Origin: Octopus bimaculoides
Lineage: Eukaryota
DNA length: 32,375 nt
Reading direction: 5' to 3'
Assembly: GCF_001194135.2 (NCBI RefSeq)
Contig: NC_068987.1
Location: 27,969,118 to 28,001,492 of the forward strand
This document shows, piece by piece, positions 24,536 through 32,375 of this stretch (position 1 is its first letter; every line of letters begins with the position of its first letter). The notes beneath the pieces were generated by a model, which searched no databases, had not been told where the DNA came from, and worked only from the letters and a program-made list of their open reading frames with translations. Made by a program: the position numbers and the translations under genes.

Positions 24536-27089
24536 ACGTATACATTCACATACATTTCCATGCTTATGTACATGTATGTGTTTCTCTCTCTGATTATGTA
24601 TATCTATGTCTGTATTTTTACTTCTGTTCACATATTCACTGTGTAACCAAAATCATTGACAATGTTAACAAGTTTCGAAAAAACAGTTTATCACTCTGTT
24701 TTTGTTGTGTGTAAAGATCAGCTGGAATTACATATATTTTACTTGCAGAACAGTAATGCAATGGTGACAAGAATGACACTTGAGCATAGAAAAATCCACC
24801 TTAATAGCTCTCATCTAATGATGCATGGTAGAATAGTAAAAAAAATATATAGAGTCAAGAAACGATGATGTTAATACTGTCATGTACAGTATAACTTTTG
24901 TACCTTGCAGTTCTACTTTTTGACTTTTGGATTTGTCTTAAACTTATTCTAGCCAAGCTTGCTACAAGCCTTTAGTAGGAAAATGCCAGTCTCATTGTTC
25001 ACTCATGTATTAGTTATGAACACAGCTGATATTGGTATACATTGTTGCCAATATGGCTATCCAAATATTTTTATATCAGAATAAAGCTCACAATAATATT
25101 GTCACCTGGAATGGACTTTGTAAACTACAAGCATTCTAAAACTAAATAGAAAATATATCATAAGCAAGATTTTTCTATACATTTCTTTTGTTTATTATTC
25201 TTCCTTAGATTTATTAGAGTTCTAACTGATAAAGATACATCTTCTTTTATACAATATGGATTTCCACAAGTAACTTTGTGAAGGGAAGCCATTGTTTAAA
25301 TTGGATTGAATCCTTTCTTTACATTTTTATGTCAATTTTGTTATTCATATTTATTTCTATATCCAGTAAAACACGGATCAATGAAAAAGATTGGTGTTTA
25401 TTTGATACAATTAAAATTTAGAAAAAGCAAAAATAACAAAGCTAATATTGATTAATGACAATATCTGATGGAAGTATTTCTAACTCTGCAACTATGTGCA
25501 TATGTTATATATTCCTTCTCAGTATTAAGAGCAGCAAACATCACAAGAATAACCACATATGAAATTATGGACTGCTTTACAGTTGATTGCTCTTAGTAAT
25601 ATTAATCACAGACATCAAGAAGTAAAAATAGTGTTAATTGTTTAAAAGAGAGGCAAATAAAGAGAAAATCTAATACCAGTGACAAAAGAACTCCAAATAA
25701 CTTTAAACTTTTAATAGTGCGAGACATTGTGGTTAAGATTAACTACAGTACCTCTCTGATATTTAGTTGAGAGAATAAAATATAATTATTTTTCCCCTTT
25801 GGCATAGGGCCAATATACAGAAGAGTGTTTAGTTGGAAGTGTTCTTTTAAATGTTGCCTAAGCTCTAGCATTAATAAGAGACAACTCTTTTTCTGAGTAT
25901 ATACCAACATATACACTGGTCTGTACCTAACATTCTCATTTGTTCAACTGACTAATTTGGACAGCTTGCTGAACTGATGCAGTGTTAATATACATGAAAA
26001 CACCAGCACTGGAGTTGAACTTGTAGATTGAATCAAGTCCATTGTGTAACTGGTACTTATTTCAGAAAAAAAAAAGTAAGCGGTGAAATCAGTCCTGATG
26101 TACTGAATCTGATGCATAATTTGAATTTCAGACTAATGTAGCATTAAATCACCTACTCTCAGAATATCATAAAATATATAGAAATAAATGGTGGACTTCT
26201 TGATTGTACTTCTAGAAGATGTAACTATTCTGAAACATGCAATCTCTAGTAGCAAGAAAGAGAAGCACAACATACCTTTAGTAACTAATGTAGGGATTAT
26301 TCAACAACAGAATAGTGAAAAGCAGCATCATTTATGCTGATAATACTGGTATTTTATGACAGACTCAAAGAATGCTTAACATGCTGAACTGAAAAGATAA
26401 TTCTAACTTCAGTGTAAACTAAGTTATTGCAAGTCCTACTAAATAATGGTTTTAATTACAGATTTCTTTATTGAATAATTGTTAGGTTTCATTGATTCAT
26501 GCAACCTAATGAGATTCCTTTTCCCCTTTTTAACCATTAATTTAATCTGCTATTTTCTGACCAATTTCTCATTTTGGGTTTTTTTTTTCATTAGAAAACA
26601 AAATATTTAATTCACCAAAATAACCTATCAGTCAACTTCTTTTAGAATAAAAACTTTGGGGGTGGGAAAAAAATAAAGATATGCCCTATGAACTCTCACA
26701 TTTACTGACATTTTTTCATTTACTTCAATTTTATTTTCAATTGAGATAATTAGAGTCAAGCTGTCACATCTCAGCCTGGGGTAAAAAATATCTGAAAACA
26801 ATTTGTGATTGATCTCTTCACTGTGAGTTTGAAGGAAGACAAAAAGAAATATATATATATATCAACTAATGTTATACAATTGAAATTTTGTAACTTTAAT
26901 AAAATTAGAAAGTGTTCCTAATGAAGGAATTTCTTAATGATTCTTTTTTTTTTCTTAATTATAAGCCATGTAATAGAATGTTCCTCATAGCTAATTTGTC
27001 CATATTTATTGTGTTCCATGTATTGATACATGGACAAACACATGATGAGCAAAAAGAGCTATTTCATGGACTTCTGTAAACAATTTTGG

Positions 27090-27790
27090 TTTTCTTTTAG
27101 AAAATGAATACACACAAGTGCATGGGCAAATGCTTTTTGTCAAGAATCCAATTTTGATTCTAAACTGGCCTATCTTGAAGACTTGAGTAGATATTTTGAC
27201 ATTCTGACATGAATTAAGACATCAATTTAGTAAAATAAGGGGAAATTGAATAGCCAAATATACCTGGCTTTCACAAAGATGGAACATATTAAGCTGTCCA
27301 ATAATTTGGCCAAAAAGCATACGCTACTTTGCAATAGGCATATAATCATTTAAAAAAATGTAATAGCATAACCAGGCCTATAGAAAAAGGCAGAAAATGA
27401 CAAACTTTGATGTCTGTATAAATCTTTGAAACTGGAAGAAATTTAAATGTATCTCTTTTGTAACTGTAAAAGAGGACTACTGCAATGCATAGTGGTTATC
27501 ATTTGTAGCAATTTGTATAAAAGGAATACTGAAACAATACCATTAAACTGCAAACGCAAGGTTGAAATAGAAAGTTTATAGTAATTTTCGCTAAATAGAA
27601 CTTCTGAAATAAAATTAAATTTATATTCTGTTTGTACTGGTACAAATAGTAAGGGGTTGCTCACATAATATTGGTAAAATGCCTCATTTCTTTATAATTC
27701 TAGGGCAAAACACGAGCTGGTTTCTCATTGTTGGTTGCCCATGAATAACATGCATATATGTCTAGAATATACGACATTGATTTGTGATAT
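27090..27790 (+). mobile_element. Decayed hAT transposase relic (Buster/Charlie-like), C-terminal half
   Basis: Fragments in shifting frames: NAFCQESNFDSKLAYLEDLSRYF (SKLAYLEDL at 27159-27185, cf. the KLAYLxDIF motif), VEIESL**FSLNRTSEIKL (about 27560-27620), and RAGFSLLVA...YMSRI (27713-27775, cf. the hAT dimerisation motif CExGFSxL). Many stops and frameshifts. Confidence 0.6.
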
Positions 27791-27911
27791 CTTTTTTGTC
27801 ATAATTTGGTCAAAGATATCGCTATGCTAATGCTTAATGTTTGTTGGAAATGTAGTTCTAGTGCAACATGAAGTTATTGTGCTGCAGTGTTCTGCATATT
27901 AAATTTAAAGA

Positions 27912-28349
27912 ATGAAAGAAGCTAATCAGAGGAAGTTCAAATTCTTTGGTACTCAGTTAGCCAGTATTCTGAGAACTCTTAAATACCAAAGATCACATCA
28001 ATGCTAAATATCAACAAATTATCTATTAGCCTTTATCTATTCAGACCTAATATGGATCAGTACTACACCAACCTTGCACAAGTTACTAAGTCACATGTGA
28101 GAACTCACTCAAGCTAATCAGAGAAATGGATTCGGTTGGCCTCATGAATCTGGTTTGGAGGCCTGTAACAAATTGTTCAGAAGATTCAAGACACATTTAG
28201 GAAGAAAGACAGGCCAGACTGAAAATTTGAATGACACATTCATCAAGTTTCGTTGAGTTGTGATTAAAAAGTTATTTAGCAAAGGAAACATGCTCTATCA
28301 TGGAGCAAAAAATTGTAAAGTAAAAGAACATTCCAGAAAGAAATTCTAA
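27912..28349 (+). pseudogene. Decayed RAG1-like / Transib-superfamily DDE transposase, C-terminal catalytic region
   Basis: Manual translation in one frame (codons start at positions divisible by 3): MKEANQRKFKFFGTQLASILRTLKYQRSHQC*ISTNYLLAFIYSDLIWISTTPTLHKLLSHM*ELTQANQRNGFGWPHESGLEACNKLFRRFKTHLGRKTGQTENLNDTFIKFR*VVIKKLFSKGNMLYHGAKNCKVKEHSRKKF*. This aligns by eye with vertebrate RAG1 [44 protein letters not shown]. HKxxxH lies at 28077-28094 and the catalytic-position Glu at 28158-28160. Internal stops are at 28005, 28098 and 28254. Confidence 0.8.
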
Positions 28350-28671
28350 ATTGAATATTTTGCTTGAGGTGGCTCACACTTCTTACTTGCTCCCTCATTT
28401 TCGTATAATTGTATTACAAGATCTTTCTGTCTTTTTTGTTGTTGACTTTCATTTTCACAAAAAAAAAACAGTTTGCTATGTGTATTCCATCAAGATATCC
28501 AAAGACTGAGTCTTTGATGCCAAGTAAGTGCTGATAATAAAATTAAATTTATGCATGTGTGTTTACATGTGCGCAAAATAACTATATGCCTGTGCAAACA
28601 AATTATTTGAGTTTTACATGTTGATACACACATACATACACATATATGTATTATTATTATTATCATTATTA

Positions 28672-28830
28672 TATGGCGAGCTGGCAAAATTGCTAGCATG
28701 CTGGATGAAATGCTTAGCAGTATTTTGTATGCTGCTACATTCTGTAGTATTTAGTTATGGCTTTTTACTTTTTGAGTTCAACTCACCCTCAGGTCATTGT
28801 TGTTGCCCTTCCTCTTTTGGGCTTGCAGTT
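28672..28830 (+). mobile_element. Second tRNA-derived SINE family, diverged copy
   Basis: ggcgagctggcaaaattgctagcatgctggatgaaatgcttagcagtattt...ttgagttcaactc..., preceded by a (TTA)n tract as at 9785-9850. Confidence 0.6.
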
Positions 28831-30914
28831 GATTTAAACAATTTACTCACTTCCTTCCAAATTCTGGCTTCTACCAATGTTAGAAACCAATTTTTATTAA
28901 AAAGAATATTTGCATATGTTGTGAATGATATATGTTTATTCACCTATTGTTTCACATTTTTGGAGCTAGTGAGTCAAGTTACAGCCAGGTTGACCGGTTA
29001 TACAAAGATATATGAAATATTTACCAAAATGTGAATGGAAATAGTAAAGCAGATGCATAAGAGATTATAATAGTTAGGCCTAACTTGATATAATTTATTT
29101 CAATGTGCCATCCTACTTTTTTACATCTACACTTAATTCTTGTAAGATTAATTTAGTTATAAGTGTGTTCTAATCTGAAATCAATTATTAATTTGCTTTC
29201 AAAAGGATGAAAACAGTAGAAAAGATGTAATATTATCGAAATCATGCAAGTATATTATGAAAATGAAATCAAATAATTCATACATGCAAAAAAAAAATTT
29301 TTTAAATGTTGCAATAATGAAGCAAAAAGATTATTCTGCTTAATGAGTTAATGAACACTATTTTAAATTACAATTAATATGACTATATAAAAGAATGAAA
29401 TACATTTCTGTTTTGAACAGCGAAGTTTGTGTGTTGAGCAAGGAATAATGTTGACAACGAATGGTGTAAATATTCATTTTATCGAATATGCAGAAGGCAT
29501 TTGAATTGATGTTGCATTAGCAGTAATTGTGGACACAAGTAATGTTCATGTAGTGAATATTATGTAAACCAGATATGTAAATGAAATTTGAGAAGATTAT
29601 AATGAGATAAATAATAATTCTTAAACACGAAGTTACTATGAAAACTATCTTTGTCTCTTATCAAAAGAACAAAAGACAAAAAACTTAATCTAAATCAAAA
29701 GTTTTTCAGTTTTATCAATAGAAACAGTTGACTTCTATTTAATAATAATTCATTCATTTTGATGGAAATTACACAATTGCTGAGCTTAAAGATTTGATAT
29801 CTGAAAAAACTGACAACACTATCCGTACCTTATTTCTAAAAGGTAATAACTAACTAAATGAAACAAAAAGAACCCTTAAATGCCAAATATTTGTGAAATT
29901 TATATAATACACTGCAAGAATCCAGTTTATTATAATTGCTTGTCTCTAGAAATTTTTATAAGACATTATATAACATATACAATGACAATTGTAAGGCAAT
30001 ATGTATATAATAGTAATAATTTAGAATCCTGCAGGAAATAAAAGACTCTGATGCTGGAAGGCAGTTTATAACTATAAATAAAATAAATCAATATTTGAAG
30101 TTATGTTTAAAGCAAGGTGACCAGTACACAACTAAAAGTTGATAAAGGGATATCCTAAAGTAGTTTTGTGAAAACCCCATTTACAGAAAAACAAAACAAA
30201 GAAACAAAAACAGTAAAATAAACTGTGTCATAAATATGTTGCAATCTTTTTCTCTAGCAAGGAGGTAAACGATGTATAGTCACAGGTGACAATCATGACA
30301 ATGAAAGAAGGTATCAAGAGACGACTATAGATTTATGAACTCCTAAATAAGTATTCAACAGAACAATAAATATAAACAAGTCATCATCATCATTATCGTT
30401 TTAAATTCAAACGTTTCAGGTTATCATGAGTTAACTCTGCATATTTCAAAAAACATTTTCCCTCTGTTTCTCACCAAAAGATGTAGTTCTGCAACACTGA
30501 CTTTGTTACACTAATATACAGCCACCTACAATTTCTCTAGTTGGCTCATCTCTTTCTTCATGCCATGACATGAGCAATCTCTCAAGGAGAAAAAAAAAAC
30601 ACTCCAAGAACCAATAAAGTGTAGGAAGGATCCTAAAGTTAGGATGATACCCTCTCTAATGTCAAATTAAATTCTACCGTCCATTCATCACAAACGTTAT
30701 ACAATAGGTACACAACCATGAAACCAAAGCTTTGATGCAATGTAGAAAACACTCAAATGTGATGACAATAACAACGATATTCTTATTATAAATTATATTC
30801 ATCACAAGTTGAGGTAAAAAAAAAAATCAAGGCTTGAAAGCCATATCTATCAATTCCTTGGTAACACTATCATTTATTTTTGTGCCTTCATTCTCAGATT
30901 AGATTCTATTCTTT

Positions 30915-31115
30915 TCTTATTTTACTTGTTTCAGTCATTTGACTGCAGCCATGCTGGAGTACTGCCCGTAGTTGAACAAATCGACCCCACGACTTATTCT
31001 ATCTATCTCTTTTGCCAGACCACTAAGTTATGAGGATGTAGACACACCAACATTGGTTGTCAAGCGATGGTGGTGGTGGTGGTGGGACAAACACAGACAC
31101 ACACATATATATATA
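30915..31115 (-). mobile_element. SINE 3' half (same family)
   Basis: ttacttgtttcagtcatttgactgcagccatgctggag...ggttgtcaagcgatg...ggacaaacacagacacacac is the reverse complement of the tail of 13168-13580. Confidence 0.75.
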
Positions 31116-32040
31116 GTAATAATAATATTAGGGAATAAAAAAATTATTCCAACCTTACAGGCAAAAATCGGTATATTACACCGGGTTTCCTAATATATAA
31201 TATATATGTATATTACTAAATTAGAGACAAACCACCACTCTACAACTTAGAACACGTCCAAATCCATGCTGTGAGACATATACCATCTTAATATATCTAA
31301 GATTTTAATCTAAAAATTTAAATTAAATAATATATTACATAAATAAATCATATAAGTCATATAAATCAATTATAGAAATATTAATTTAAAAAAGTTTTAA
31401 AGTTAAAATTATAAATTGGACAGTTAAAATTAATACGATAATATACAGTATAGAAGTATAGATGTAAAAAGTTAGTGCTAGTATATAGACTACGCGTGTT
31501 TCATGGCTGAAATAGGACTATATAAAATCATAAGCAAATTCTATCCGAGTTCATTAGAACGGGGAAATGATTTTACTCCCAATATCAGTCACTATTCAGG
31601 TCAATCCCTAAGAAAATACCTAAAATCATTCAAGGAATAAACATAAACATGAGAATTAAATATATATATATAAAGAGACAAAATCTGTAAACTAATCCCT
31701 CCATTAACGGTATTAATATAATTATTAAGAGTTACAATCTAAAAATATTGAAAAAGAGTATTATAGTAAACAACGTTAAAACAATATGGAATAAGTAGAT
31801 AATAGTAAAACGATGTGTTAGTGTATAAAGTTACTAAAAGAGGGATGTCAATATTGTTTATAAAATTAAAATTAAAATAAAAAACATGACTTATCTGCCG
31901 GTGGGTAACTGTGAACTAAATAAAAATGGCTGCGTTATAGAATTTATACTAAAAGGTCACGTGATAAATATGGCGTCTATTACCCAGAAGTACATGCGTA
32001 TTATAATTTCTAAAATTACTCAGAAGTACATGCGTATTAT

Positions 32041-32375
32041 CAGAGCATCCGAGAAAACCCTCCAAAGGTACGAACAGGGAGGAAATGGAATGCGGAAGAG
32101 GCAGTAAACAGGGCGATCAGAATACTAAAACATGCCGATATAGTTGGAGCAACGCAAGAAGCAAGAGCCGGCCTAGGGACGAGCAGTTTCAGGCCATTTT
32201 GCAAGAGCAGTGTAAAAGAGATGAAAGACGTAGTGGTACACGAAGTGAGAAAGGAGGAAGAAGAAAGGCGGAATGTACATTTGGTGCAATGCAGTCAACA
32301 GGGGCAGTGCCTGAGATGGGAGGAAAACGTGGTCAGTCGCAGAATCTCATGGAAGGAACTTTGGGCTTGGGAACA
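32041..32375 (+). mobile_element. 5'-truncated HERO-like non-LTR retrotransposon (restriction-like endonuclease class), post-RT region; runs off the window
   Basis: Uninterrupted 111-codon frame QSIRENPPKVRTGRKWNAEEAVNRAIRILKHADIVGATQEARAGLG...QQGQCLRWEENVVSRRISWKELWAWE. The motifs VRTGRKW, GRAGLG-like, QQG and RKISWxELW are typical of HERO-clade ORFs. GC content jumps abruptly at 32041. Confidence 0.8.

Noticed and set aside
27840-27910. In-frame GNV upstream of the RAG1-like fragment as an extension of the homology
   Set aside because: The surrounding residues do not fit and the region likely belongs to the hAT 3' flank; a three-residue match is not evidence.
28098-28100. The TGA at a likely Trp position in the RAG1-like frame could be recoded to TGG by cephalopod A-to-I editing, making the gene functional
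   Set aside because: There are further stops (TAA 28005, TGA 28254), an apparent compensating frameshift pair near 27981-28015, an apparent deletion near 28254 and no upstream catalytic core. Ordinary decay explains it better.
28455-28482. ctatgtg (reverse complement CACATAG) as a possible RSS/Transib-like 3' TIR heptamer
   Set aside because: It only loosely matches CACAGTG/CACTATG, has no properly spaced nonamer and no partner TIR, and is expected by chance.
28350-30900. Search for a convergent RAG2-like (kelch/PHD) partner as in ProtoRAG
   Set aside because: No kelch GG repeats or PHD Cys/His pattern was found by eye on the minus strand. A very decayed copy cannot be excluded without an HMM search.
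31886-32107. 73-aa ORF with a repeated ITQKYMRII peptide
   Set aside because: The repeat is the 26-nt junction duplication, and the ORF runs out of frame into the HERO element.
1-32375. CRISPR arrays, tRNA/rRNA genes, prokaryotic operons
   Set aside because: There are no regularly spaced repeat-spacer arrays or rRNA-like sequence. The tRNA-like boxes occur only as SINE heads, and the sequence is eukaryotic in character.

Overview
AT-rich, microsatellite-dense eukaryotic DNA with three assembly gaps. The SINE families present look like those of octopod cephalopods, so an Octopus-like source is inferred from repeat recognition, not proven. No intact host protein-coding gene can be supported, and almost all supplied ORFs are microsatellite, SINE or antisense artefacts. 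The window is a layered transposon graveyard. It holds tRNA/CORE-type SINEs, a young (GAT)n-tailed retroposon family, and decayed non-LTR elements: an AP-endonuclease LINE, an R4/Dong-like element, an RTE element and a young HERO-like copy at the right edge. It also holds an internally inverted mariner and a hAT (Buster/Charlie-like) relic. The standout is a fossil at 27912-28349 (+). It reads ...WISTTPTLHKLLSHM*ELTQANQRNGFGWPHESGLEACNKLFRRFKTHLGRKT..., the C-terminal catalytic region of a RAG1-like/Transib-superfamily transposase. The HKxxxH zinc ligands, the catalytic Glu, an exact NKLFRRF match to vertebrate RAG1, and a decayed CX2CX3GHX4C-like tail are all visible. Other leads are a pre-miRNA-like hairpin (5230-5297), nested or rearranged transposons, and a speculative phase-compatible exon chain.
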